Assembly: GCA_023334545.1 (NCBI GenBank) | Contig: JAADVB010000022.1 | Location: 60,398-124,397 of the forward strand | From: Salisapilia sapeloensis CBS 127946 | Lineage: Eukaryota > Protista > Oomycota | DNA: 64,000 bases | Reading direction: 5' to 3' | Shown: piece by piece, positions 1 through 10,674 of the stretch | Numbering within the stretch: the first letter of the stretch is position 1 | Layout: each line of letters opens with the position of its first letter | The notes under the pieces: model-generated | The model's input: only the letters and a program-made list of their open reading frames with translations | Database searches by the model: none | What the model was told of the DNA's origin: nothing | Program-made: the position numbers and the translations under genes

Positions 1-437
1 TTGTCGATCTTCGTCTGAATGGACGTTCGCTTGGCTGGACCAGAAGCTTCGTCCATGGCTTTCATGTTCGAAATGGCTTTGGTAAAGTCCCAGGAAGACG
101 TGTGACCAGTAAAGTCGCCTCCATCGAACTCGAAGTCTTCCGTCAGTTCATTCTGTTCGGCTTCGTCCTCCACTTCTTCATCTTCCGAGCTTTCTTCCAT
201 CTCTGGTACCTAGACAAACTCGTTAGTTTATGACAATTTGTTTGTATTGCATTTGCAAGAGTCTACCTCATCGTCCGAAGCAATGGTCATCATCAAATCA
301 TCTTCTGGAGGTGGCGTAGGCTTCGTTTTGGCCTTAACCTCCTTCGCAGGCTTGGATTCAGTCTTTGTTGCCTTTGCAGGCTTCGTGTCCGCCTTGGTTG
401 CCTTGGTAGGCTTACGACTCTTCTTGGTCTTAGCCAT
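1..437 (-). CDS. DDX27: DEAD-box RNA helicase DRS1/DDX27-like, 5' part only (runs off window start)
   Basis: ATG at 437; intron 210-266 (GTAGAC..CTAAC..CTAG). Spliced N-terminus MMTIASDDEV..EDFEFDGG..SSWDFTKAISNM..TSIQTKID resembles the Drs1/DDX27 N-terminus. The helicase core is outside the window. Confidence 0.65.
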
Positions 438-910
438 GATAACAGACAAATGACTTGATGTCCATTCAAAGCATTTTATGGCATTTTGTAAAAAACTAAG
501 CAACTATATATGAGACGGCACCAGACGCAGACAAGCCAGGATGAGATGATGGAACTCAGGAGTGTCGCAAGCGATAGTCTTTACGCTCGATAAGCTATAT
601 GTACTTGCGTAGGTAGATACCACCACGACGGAAGTGCGACTTGAATGACAGACGAAAGAACAGCCCATCTTTTGTCGTCTGCTTGGGCAGGGTTCAAGTC
701 ACGCACCCATTCTCTCCACTTCATCTCACCTACGTCCAATCCAATACTCCATACTATCCGCTGCGCCAATCCGTGCTTTCGCATTTGGTCAGCTATGTCG
801 TCCTGAATTAACAGACACAGTCAGCTGGAAAGTGGAAAGCGTCCCGAAATCCAGGTTACCGCAAAACATCCGAACGATCGACGCGACGCTAGTGCTGGAT
901 CGAACTCGCG

Positions 911-926
911 GTCCATTTCCCATTTT
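911..926 (+). promoter_or_regulatory. INR-FPR-like core promoter
   Basis: GTCCATTTCCCATTTT resembles oomycete GCTCATTYBNNNWTTY and ends 8 nt before the ATG at 935. Confidence 0.45.
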
Positions 927-934
927 CTCTCGTC

Positions 935-2482
935 ATGGGAAATCCTAGATCGCCGACGGTGCGTTTTGAAGAAGAAAAGGATGTGCCGCAGCATGCGTGG
1001 GAACGTCGTCGGCCATCGCGTCGACCACCCACGACGACCAAGTCCAAGTCGCACAAGAACACCAGAGCGCACCCAGAGCAGTCGCTGCCAGCCTCGATAT
1101 CTTCTGCACCAACGTCCACTCATTACGTCCATGATTCCAACTGGAAGAACATGCGGAAACCACATAACGTCAAACCGACGGCATCGTCTCATCCTTCGGG
1201 AGCTCGCATCTCGGACTTGTGCGAGGAAGATCGAGGCAAAGTCGCCAAGCTAGTCCATCGAATCGTCGAAGTACGCCATTCGATCCGTTTCAAATGATAG
1301 CACCTTCGTAATGATATGATATAGATGGGTAAGATGCATGAAGAGAGTGCTGGTCAATGGCATCGAGATCGGAAGACACTCGAAACGGAAGTCCAGGAGC
1401 TACGAACGTACGTAGAGACGAGTCATAAAGAGAAGGACCTGTTACTTTCAGACCTTCGAAATGCCAAACGTAAAATGCGGAGCTTCCAGGAACGTGTGCA
1501 GGCACTTGAACAAAGTAATAATCAGGAAGTGCGTCATCGACAGACCACGCATGAAACCGTCGACATGTTAAAGGTCGAAGTGGGGAAATTGCGAGACCTC
1601 GTACGTAAGCAGCGATCGGCGATGGATGCGAAAGTGAAGGAAGCGCAGCAGAAGTATGTCAAATCAGCAGAAAAGCTGCGTCAGCAACTAGAGCAGGCAC
1701 AAGAAGAGCTAGAACAGGAACGACAGTTACGACAACAGGAGAAGCAGCAGCCTATAGAACCTCATGAAGCATCCGGAGGAACGGATACGTACTTGTCCCG
1801 ATATAAAGAAATGTCGTCGACGTGGAGTACGACACAAGAGATACCGGAGAGCGTCCGTGACTTTGTCCATGAGTGGAAACAACGAGCGGATGCTGCGATT
1901 GCCGAAGCCAGGCAACAGCCACCGGATCGTTTGGAAACGAGTATGATGTCTTTAGATCGAACGGCCATAGCTCCATACGAACGAAAAGAAGATAGTCCAC
2001 AAATGTCTGGTCTAGACGGACACAACGGGTCGGGTGGGAGCAGCCTGTCATTTCAAGATGACTTTGGTGGTGGAGACTGGTACGAAAGCACCTTGTTCGA
2101 TATGGTCGACGACCTGGATGAATCCAATCAGGAGGAAGAGGAAAAGTCACGATCAGTATCGAGAGACAGTCACGACCAGTCGCTTCGTCTGGAAAAGCTT
2201 CGAAGTGACCTACAAGCAAGAGAGGACCGACTGGCCAAGCTGCGTGACGAATACGAAAATTCCTGTCGGAAGAGTGTGACGGATGACGTGGCGTTGTTTA
2301 ATGAAATTAAAGACGTGTACGGGGAAGACATCGCCCAGCAGCAGCATGAAGTACGTCGAAAGCATCGAGCTCGCGTCCAGTCTGGCGAGATTGGTCCGCC
2401 GATGACGGCGCAAGAGCTGAGTATGCAGGAGGAGATGCGGGAGATGCTGCAAGAGCCGAGCTTTCGACAATTCCTGCGGTAG
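935..2482 (+). CDS. Coiled-coil protein with hinderin/KIAA1328-like motif
   Basis: ORFs 935-1297 and 1325-2482 are joined in frame by intron 1271-1324. ISDLCEEDRGKVAKLVHRIVE followed by a coiled coil resembles the KIAA1328 DLCxEDK motif. Confidence 0.6.
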
Positions 2483-2526
2483 AATGTGTACATTCTTATT
2501 TTGAAAGTAGATGAACGATTATTTGG

Positions 2527-3602
2527 TTAAACAAGCGTGTCATACTCGTTATATTTCTTAGAGGAACCTCGGACCTAACATAAGTGTTTGTAAATGGAAT
2601 GGATAGATCGTATAACTATGTTGTGTACCTTGTCAGCAGGGTATTTACGTGCATTCTTGACCATCTTGTCGTGGACGGCAGACGGAAGGTCGACATCGCA
2701 CTTGTCTGCGAGTCGAATGAGATAAATCATAACGTCACTCAACTCTTCTCCGAGATGCTCTCGCTCGGCATCACTCCATTCTGTACAAACGTCAGGACTG
2801 TATCATGTCTTGTGTGGTAAGCAACGTACCGGAAGGTGGATGGTCGTCTCCTTTCCACTGGAAACATTCACTCAGCTCGCCGACTTCCCCATTCATAGCC
2901 AGAAGTAGATTGCGTGGCGTATGGAACTGATCCCAGTCTCGTTCTTTCGCAAAGTGGTCAATCTTCTTCCGCAGTCCTTCGATCGTCGTGTCTTTTTCAA
3001 ACTTATCCACTTGGACGTTCGGTGATACGTCCGTGTTATCTTCTTCCATCTCGTCTACCTTGTCTTCGGAAGGCTGAATACACTTTTCGAGTCCGACTCC
3101 TGGACCGATCGCGTGGTTATGATGTTCGTGTGCTCGAACTTTGACCCTGTAGGATTCTCCGTGTTGCTGTGCACAGGCGTAGATGTGGAATGGGCAGCCT
3201 AGATCTCGATGGTGCGTTCTCTGACGCTTGCCCTGACTACGTGATCGGAACGGAATGCCGTGTGCACACTTGTACGTTTTTGAATAAAAGTCAGTGACAG
3301 GAGCTCGATCGTGTCGACCTAGTCAGATGCATGAGATTGAAACACGAGCGTATATACCTATAGAGCATACCCTTGGATACAGTCCGATTGTACACTTCAA
3401 ATGTGATCGAAGACCGCTTGCGAATAGGATGATGCTGGGCAACAGCGCTCTTAATAGCGTTATCGAAGGAAGTCCAGTCGTCGTAAAAGGTATTGAAAAG
3501 CGGCGGCCAGGACGTGGATGATCTGACGGTTTCGAGTGTAGAAGGTGAGTCAGTAGATTCAGAGGGCACGACGTCGGTGGGCTCTGGGGTGCTCAGGTCC
3601 AT
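2527..3602 (-). CDS. DCTPP1: Fusion: FAR1/WRKY-like (MULE-type) Zn-finger domain + dCTP pyrophosphatase 1 (MazG-like)
   Basis: ATG 3602; introns 3319-3370, 2781-2829, 2575-2628. Exon 2 reads YSKTYKCAHG..RSRSQGKR..GCPFHIYA..EHHNH without a stop into FAKERDWDQFHTPRNLLLAMNGEVGELSECFQW. Later exons give HLGEELSDVMIYLIRLADKC..KNARKYPADKVRGSSKKYNEY. Confidence 0.85.
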
Positions 3603-4371
3603 CGACGAGCAGCTAAAGAGTGGCGCGAAGGGGCCAAACAAACGCAAAAATGCCGTTTTGTGATGTCGTTTGCGTGATCAAGTTGAGGAATAGCCTAGGG
3701 TTTGACTTAGGGTTCATATGAGTCTTGGGATCGGTATCCGATCTGTAGGTAGCGATACCAGGTCGAAACGAGTCAATCATGGAAACTCTCATCGCTTTAC
3801 ATTGGATAAAGCCGAGCGTGGTGTTTACTCTTGACCGAGTGTTAAAAGTAAACTTTTGAGCTCACAACATTGTTTGTGCAGATTGTATTACCATTATGGT
3901 GATCTACAACCTCCTACGAAAATTACGAGCACCTGTACTCGAGCACAATTCTACTTTGGATGGTTAACGATACAAATAGAACAGCGATTTATTAGCTTAT
4001 TTTAAATATTGTACATGTCACACCGCCAAGTTTATATACGATCACATCGATGCACATGACGAGTTCAACTTGACAGTAATGCAGATACAGCTTTGACATC
4101 AAGCAAGGTAAAAAAACAAGTCTATCGCTGGTCGTATTCTATCCTCGATTCATCAGGTTAACAGACTACAAGATACCATCTAAACTTTTTTTATCTTCTT
4201 AAGTTATCTCTTCCCAACACAACTAACAAGTTACAATAGCATCGACATCCACAACTACAATCCGTTCACCATTCGTATAGCAAAAGGACAACAGACACAC
4301 ACTAGTGGGTAAACAAAAGAAAAACAGGTTTGATTGCATTTCGGACAAAAAGTATGAAAACCTCAAAGCCA

Positions 4372-6022
4372 CTAGTCTTCCACCAGCGACGGATTGACCA
4401 TCAAGTCTCCTTTCACCGACAGCGTGATCCCCATTTCATACGTGATATCATTCGGATCTTCCACCGTCTTCAGATCAAACCTGCTCACGAGCACAGCCAG
4501 AGCAATCTTTAGCTCCATCATGGCGAAGCGTTGACCAATGCACTTGTGTTTGCCATGCGCGAACGCTGGGAATTTGGACGGAGCCACCTTCTTGAGCTCA
4601 CCGGCACTGTCGATCCACCGCTCTGGCTTGAACTCCTCCGCATCTTTTCCCCAGACTGAAGGCAGGCGACCCGTGCCATAGATATTGACAGCAATCTGAC
4701 ACGGATCAGTCAAGAACGTACCATCGGACAACGTCACGTCACACGTTGGAGCTCGAGAATCGATCGGAAGCGAAGGATACAATCGGAGGTTCTCGTTAAT
4801 GACTGCTTCGAGGTACGTGACGTTCGACACTTCATCCATCGTCGGGATCGATCCATTCGAGCCAAAGATATGCGGCAAGTGTGTCTTGAGCTCGTGGCGC
4901 AACTTTGACAGCACTTGCGGGTGTCGGTTGAGGTTGACAAAGAACCATGCCATGGACACTGAGGTCGTGTCTTTCCCAGCGAAAATGAAGTTAATGACCA
5001 TGTCACGAATAAGTCCCAAGTCTGCCTGGATCGATTCACCGGTCTTTGGACTCCTTACTTCGCTGTCCAAGATCATCGAGATAAGGTCTTTCGAAGCACT
5101 CTGCTTGCCTTCCTCCCGCTGCTTCACTGTCTTATTAAACACGGTCAGGAAAAAGTCATTCAGCTTCCTCCGGTTCTCCTTAAGAGTTCGTTCAGGGCCA
5201 ATGTTCAGGAAACGCTGCAACTTCCAGATATAGTGCGGAATCGCCGTACGTTCACGGCATCTAGCCGAGATAGAAGAATACGCATCGATGAAATCGTTCG
5301 AGTTATTCCCTTTCAACATATTGCCAATGCATTCGAGATCAATGTTCAAACCGATTTCGACAAAGACATCGCATGTCAGTGCTGTTAGCAAAGTACGAAG
5401 ACTAAACGCTTCTTTTCGATCGATGTATGTTTGGACGGCGTTCACTGCCAACTGCGTCTTCTCTCGGATAACATCGTGCATGACGTCTTTCATCATCTGC
5501 AAGGAGAATAGATGGGATACACTTTTTCGTTGAAAGTACCAGTCATCGCCATCTAAGATGCTTGTGAGTATATCATACAAGGTAATTGGAAAAGGTTACG
5601 TCATGCTTACCGACACAGAGGATGCCACGACCCAAGAAATCCGAGGTATTGGCGATCGTAAATTGTCCACGCTCGAAAAAGTCTGACATCCTGTGGAATA
5701 GGTCTTCCATGTGCTCTGGTGAGGTGAGGACGACCGTCGGAAATTGACCAGGAATATCGAGCAACCACGGCTGTCCGTTGTGCTTCAGCGTGTTCCGCGT
5801 CGTATAGTCATAGAACTGATCACCATACTTGGCCAAGTCAAGAATATTGCCGAGGAAAGGCACCCAGCCATCGCCAACAGGGAGAGGACTACCATCAGGC
5901 AAGTGCATTCGCTTTTTCGTTAGCGACGAGATGAGGATTGCGAGTGCGATGGGCGTGCCTAGTGCCAATGCCCATCCAGACTTCGAGTCCGGCAGTCGTA
6001 GAGCAGAAAGGTACTGGTTCAT
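4372..6022 (-). CDS. Cytochrome P450, CYP86-clan-like (putative fatty-acid hydroxylase)
   Basis: N-terminal TM; intron 5553-5610; I-helix FAGKDTTS, K-helix ENLR, PERW, heme motif FAHGKHKCIG. Confidence 0.93.
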
Positions 6023-6202
6023 CACAACACTGTATGATATATTGGGAGAAATTGAGAATCGAGGTGTTGACACTCCCTCTGGCCTTGCCTGTCTGACACT
6101 TGAGCCATCACATGAGGTTGCATATGTTCGAAACGACTTGTGTCTATTGTTTAGAACCAATTTCGAACAACTGGACACGAATTTCCACCACAAAGTCTCA
6201 GG

Positions 6203-6918
6203 ATGGCGTTGGTAGCGATAGCTCGTCGATGCCGGCCATTGCTGAAGCGATCGAATGATGAGTCGATGTCCTCAAGAACAGGTTCATTATTTTTGCTCCA
6301 GTCAGAGGCATTGCAGGTTCCACGTGCGTACCAATGCCGTTGGGCTTCGTCCAGTTCCGACTTTGGTCCGGTCAATGGGGAGATCCGAGCGAAGAAAGTG
6401 AATTTAGTCGACAATAACGGGACGATGCACGAGAATATGCCGATCAGCAAGGCAATGAACATGGCCAAGGAAAGCAAAGTGGATTTAGTACAGGTCGCAC
6501 AGAATGGGAACAGTGTTGTGTGTCGCCTCTTTGATGTCGAAAAGCGTAAATTCAGGATGAAGAAGAATCAAAAGGCGCAGAAGCCAAAAGTCGACAAGGA
6601 AGTGGTGTTCAGCGCTAAGATAGCGGTACGATAAGGACATATCTAAAAGCTTACGAGTCGATGATACTTATCTAAACTTGTCTCGGATAGAACAACGATT
6701 TGAAGATGAAAGTAGAGCAAGCGAAAAAGTTTTTGAGCAAAGGACATAAAGTCAAGGTGACGATTAAATGGGGTCGACAGACAAGCATGAAGCCACAGGC
6801 AGAGGAACAAATGGACTTGATTCGAACGTCCATAGGCATGATCAACGGGGTGCCAGGTCCTGCTCCGACGTATATCGGCGGCGGATTCTACCTCTACTTT
6901 AGTCCCGCAAACAAATAG
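6203..6918 (+). CDS. MTIF3: Mitochondrial translation initiation factor IF-3
   Basis: Arg-rich presequence; NGEIRAKKVNLVD..AMNMAKESKVDLVQV (IF3-N); intron 6626-6690; NNDLKMKVEQAKKFLSKGHKVKVTI (IF3-C). Confidence 0.88.
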
Positions 6919-7171
6919 ACTCTTTAAAGACGTTGTCATCCAAACAACGGTATGATTGTCCGTATCCAATCCGTTGTTGCACTCGTTCATCTCATCTCGT
7001 TACATCCTATGCAATTGCATGTTCATAACATAGTTGCAAATAAAATTAGACTAGAAAGAAAAGAATGCTTTTATTACGATGTTTAAGTAATGCTTTATAG
7101 TATTTTGAAAGTCTCTTTGGTTTTGTATAGACGAATCACGATCAAAAGGCCAAACCAAGAAGATCGAAGAC

Positions 7172-8474
7172 ATGGGCAAGGAGGCAGACAAGAAGCAGGC
7201 GCCAGGCCTGAAGAAACAGGCGAGCGCCGGGAACATTTCGGAAGAGATGGAGGATGAGCTCAGCACTCTTCCAGACATGCACTTGGCTGAGCTGTACTAC
7301 CTCGTGAAGCACCAGCACTCGGCCGAGTCGACGATCCCAGCCTCGGACAAGACGCATCAGGAAGAGTTGATGACGCGCATCAAGCAGCAGAACATGGCGC
7401 CATTCTACGAAAGAGTCTGCTCTGAATTTGGATGGACGAAGGACGAAAAGTTAGCTGCCGACATGAAGGCGAAAAACGAGGAAGAGAAGAAAGAATTGGT
7501 AGAGCGTCTAACGGATGCCACGCAGAATTTAGGTGACATCGAAGTCCTGGAGGCTATGCTGGCCAAGGCTCGCATGTACTCCCGTCTGGGAGACAAGGAG
7601 AATGCGTTGGCTGCGTTCGAAGAAGCTGGTGAGAAGCCGCAATCGATCAATCAGAAGATCCTTGTGGCCCTACACGTTATCCGCATCGGCCTCTTCTTCT
7701 CCGACTTGGAGCTAGTGGAAGAGAACATCAAGAAAGCGACCAAGTATGGCCATATATATTGTTTACTCTATGTCCAGCAGCTAACCAATGGTACTTTGTA
7801 GGTTGATTGATGAAGGAGGCGACTGGGACCGTCGGAACCGACTGAAGGTGTATGAAGGCTGCTACTTGCTCATGGCACGTGAGTTCGGCAAGGCCTCCAA
7901 GCTCTTCCAGGAATCCGTCGCGACGTTCACCGCTACAGAACTCATGAGCTTTAAAACGATGATCTTCTACTGTGTCATCTCATGTGTCCTCAGTATGAAC
8001 CGCGTCGACTTAAAGACCAAGATCGTCGACTCTCCGGAAGTACTTGCTGTCCTGCATGAGATTCCTCACTTGACTGACTTCCTCAACGGTCTCTACGACT
8101 GCGACTACAAGCGCTTCTTCCGCGCCATCGTCGACTTGGAACCGTCCATTCTGCAGGACCGATACCTTGCCACTCATGCCAAGTACATTTACCGCGAGTT
8201 CCGTGTCCTGGCCTATTCGCAGTTCCTCGAAGCGTATCGAAGCGTTACGATGGACTCGATGGCTCAAGCGTTTGGCGTCGGAAACGACTTCCTCGACCGA
8301 GAGCTGTCTCGATTCATTGCGGCTGGGCGACTGAATGCCAAGATCGATAAAGTAGAGGGCGTGATTGAAACGAACCGACCGGATGCCAAGAACGCACAGT
8401 ACCAACAGGCCATCAAGAAGGGAGATGTGCTGCTGAACCGCATTCAGAAGCTCGCACGTGTCATCAATGTCTAA
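7172..8474 (+). CDS. PSMD6: 26S proteasome regulatory subunit RPN7
   Basis: Intron 7744-7801; EGGDWDRRNRLKVYEG; PCI domain ending ETNRPDAKNAQYQQAIKKGDVLLNRIQKL. Confidence 0.97.
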
Positions 8475-8582
8475 GCTTTTGGCATGATAGCTGGGATGGT
8501 AACGAGGCAAACAAAAGAATCACTTTGAAAGAAGAATGTCATGGTAATCGTTGGGTTCATTTATAAAAAGAAATGTGTATAA

Positions 8583-10421
8583 CTAGTTGAGTAACTTGAT
8601 AAGCGCCTCCAGTTCGATCGTTTCAGCATCGTCACCACCAGCGAGACGGATCAATGTTATCGCGTCGTGCGGTGAAAAGTCGGGAACGGATGCCTTGAGC
8701 AGTGCCGCCAGGTCATCTGCATTCATTACCTCGGTCGCTTGAGCATCGGCAATCCCACGAACATCCATCGTCGACAAGTGACTCTTGATCTTTCTAATTA
8801 CCACGTTGCGATCGGATCGAGGAAACTTCTCCGGCTTGGCTTCCATGTAGTTGGCACTGTACTTGTCCATCTCGTAGATGATAAACGTACGTCCGGCGAT
8901 AGGTACTCTAGCGCCAACGAAAAAGTCATGCAAGCCGAGATAGCGCCCCGTTGGATGCTTCACTCGCTGGCGTTCGAGGAACTTGCCGCCAACTATACCA
9001 GCATTGCGTTGCACAGGCTCCAGAATGCTCACGCTCTGGTCGGACACCGTGAGCGCGATGATGAATCGTCTTCCTACGTCCTGTGGCTGTGTCGTGTCGA
9101 ACCGGGCACGGAAGCGTAGCACCTCCGTCTTGTCCAAAGACTCGATACTCTTCAGTGGAGCCTTAGGCAGTAAGTGGTAACAGGACTGAAGAGAATCTTC
9201 GTCGCTACCGATGCCACTATGAGGTGGAGGAACGAATGCTGGAGGTGATGGCGTATCGTCTTTCACAACGATTGCAGGTTCCAACGGAATGCCCTGGTGC
9301 TCATACCACGCACGAGTTCCTTCATCGGCATCCAAGAGCAAAATTTGACGATTGTAAATGCTGAGCGTCTTACCAATCGACAGGTCTTGCCACGAAAAGC
9401 AATTCGAAGTAAGCACTTGGGCACGTACCTCTTCACTATCATCCTGTCCTCCACCATCAGGTTTGTTCGCACCAGCTACGGACGCTCCGATCTGAAATTT
9501 GGACTCCTTGGGGAGCTTGGTGCGATTGAGTAATTTAGGAAACGGATCACAGCCCGAGTTTCGTTCGTAAGACTCAAGAATCTCTAACGTATTGTCAGCA
9601 AGGAAGAAGTGGATCGTATATCTATGCTTGCGGCCATATAAAGCCTCCGTGTCATCCCACAGTGCGTAGAAGCGGAGGACCTGACGGTCATGGTCCAGAA
9701 ACCTTCTCAAATGGTCACTTGGACGAGCGAACTTGCCCAAGGAAGCTTCCATGAACTCTTTCATGTAATACTTCTTCTTGCCATAGTGGGCATCTGGGTC
9801 TTGGCCAGTCTCTCGAGACATGTGTGCTTGCCGCAGTTCCGTGAACTGGTCGCGTGGCAAAGGTTCGTCATCTGGAACCGAGACACCTTCGTTCTGCAGA
9901 TAGTATCTTGTAAAGGCATCTGCCGAGATGAGATGGAAGGTGCGCCCATAAAGCGAAACTTCACGACCAACATTCAAATGGTGTGTCGCAACGTACTGAA
10001 TGTTCCCGTGTGGATCACTTTCGGGCAGTGGGATACGATGACGCTTGATAAAGTTACCTTGCAGGATACCACTATTCTCGACACGAGGCTCTGTCACTTG
10101 TATCGTGTCGTCTTCTAGATAATACAAAATCTCACACTGACGGACGCGGTAGTTCTCCAGGTTACTCTCGTGCACGGCTTCGAGAAAGTATGCTCCGAAG
10201 CGCAGCACTTTCTTATCAAAGGCAATAAATCGAGGGTTGAATGGCTGAGACTTTGTGAAAGCGTCCAATGAATCGGATGCCTCTTGGTTGGCATCTTGCT
10301 CTCGTACAACATCTTTCACATACACGTGAGCCGGCTTCTTGTTGCCGAGACTATGTCCACGGGACTTTGGTGTGGTATCGCCGTGGCGACGGAAGATCAT
10401 CGGGATGTCTTGCTGATCCAT
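8583..10421 (-). CDS. EFHC1: EFHC1/RIB72-like axonemal protein with three DM10 domains
   Basis: 612-aa ORF with DKKVLRFGAYF, DRQVLRFYALWDD and EVLRFRARF DM10 starts. Confidence 0.92.
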   Translation of the reverse strand: MDQQDIPMIFRRHGDTTPKSRGHSLGNKKPAHVYVKDVVREQDANQEASDSLDAFTKSQPFNPRFIAFDKKVLRFGAYFLEAVHESNLENYRVRQCEILYYLEDDTIQVTEPRVENSGILQGNFIKRHRIPLPESDPHGNIQYVATHHLNVGREVSLYGRTFHLISADAFTRYYLQNEGVSVPDDEPLPRDQFTELRQAHMSRETGQDPDAHYGKKKYYMKEFMEASLGKFARPSDHLRRFLDHDRQVLRFYALWDDTEALYGRKHRYTIHFFLADNTLEILESYERNSGCDPFPKLLNRTKLPKESKFQIGASVAGANKPDGGGQDDSEEVRAQVLTSNCFSWQDLSIGKTLSIYNRQILLLDADEGTRAWYEHQGIPLEPAIVVKDDTPSPPAFVPPPHSGIGSDEDSLQSCYHLLPKAPLKSIESLDKTEVLRFRARFDTTQPQDVGRRFIIALTVSDQSVSILEPVQRNAGIVGGKFLERQRVKHPTGRYLGLHDFFVGARVPIAGRTFIIYEMDKYSANYMEAKPEKFPRSDRNVVIRKIKSHLSTMDVRGIADAQATEVMNADDLAALLKASVPDFSPHDAITLIRLAGGDDAETIELEALIKLLN

Positions 10422-10674
10422 TGTCGTTTGTTATCCAAGAAGACTTACAAGCGAACAAAAACACTTCTGTCGAGGAGGACTAAATGCTACTGGCACAAGG
10501 TATCAGCATCTCGTACGTTTCAAAAATAGCTCATATTAGCATTCAGAAAGCTAATAATAGGAGAATGGAAATAGATCGTTTAGCTCGCACGTCGGTCCAT
10601 GGTTAAAACTGGGATATTTATAGCTTCATAGACTGGAAACTTCCCGTTGAGGGTTGAAGTGGGCAAGAGCTGAG

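Noticed and set aside
3291-3647. Intact Mutator-like transposon at the FAR1-like domain
   Set aside because: No DDE transposase, terminal inverted repeats or target-site duplication is visible.
3720-4370. snRNA or other ncRNA in the AT-rich gap
   Set aside because: No match by eye to U1, U2, U4, U5, U6, U3 or 5S hallmark sequences.
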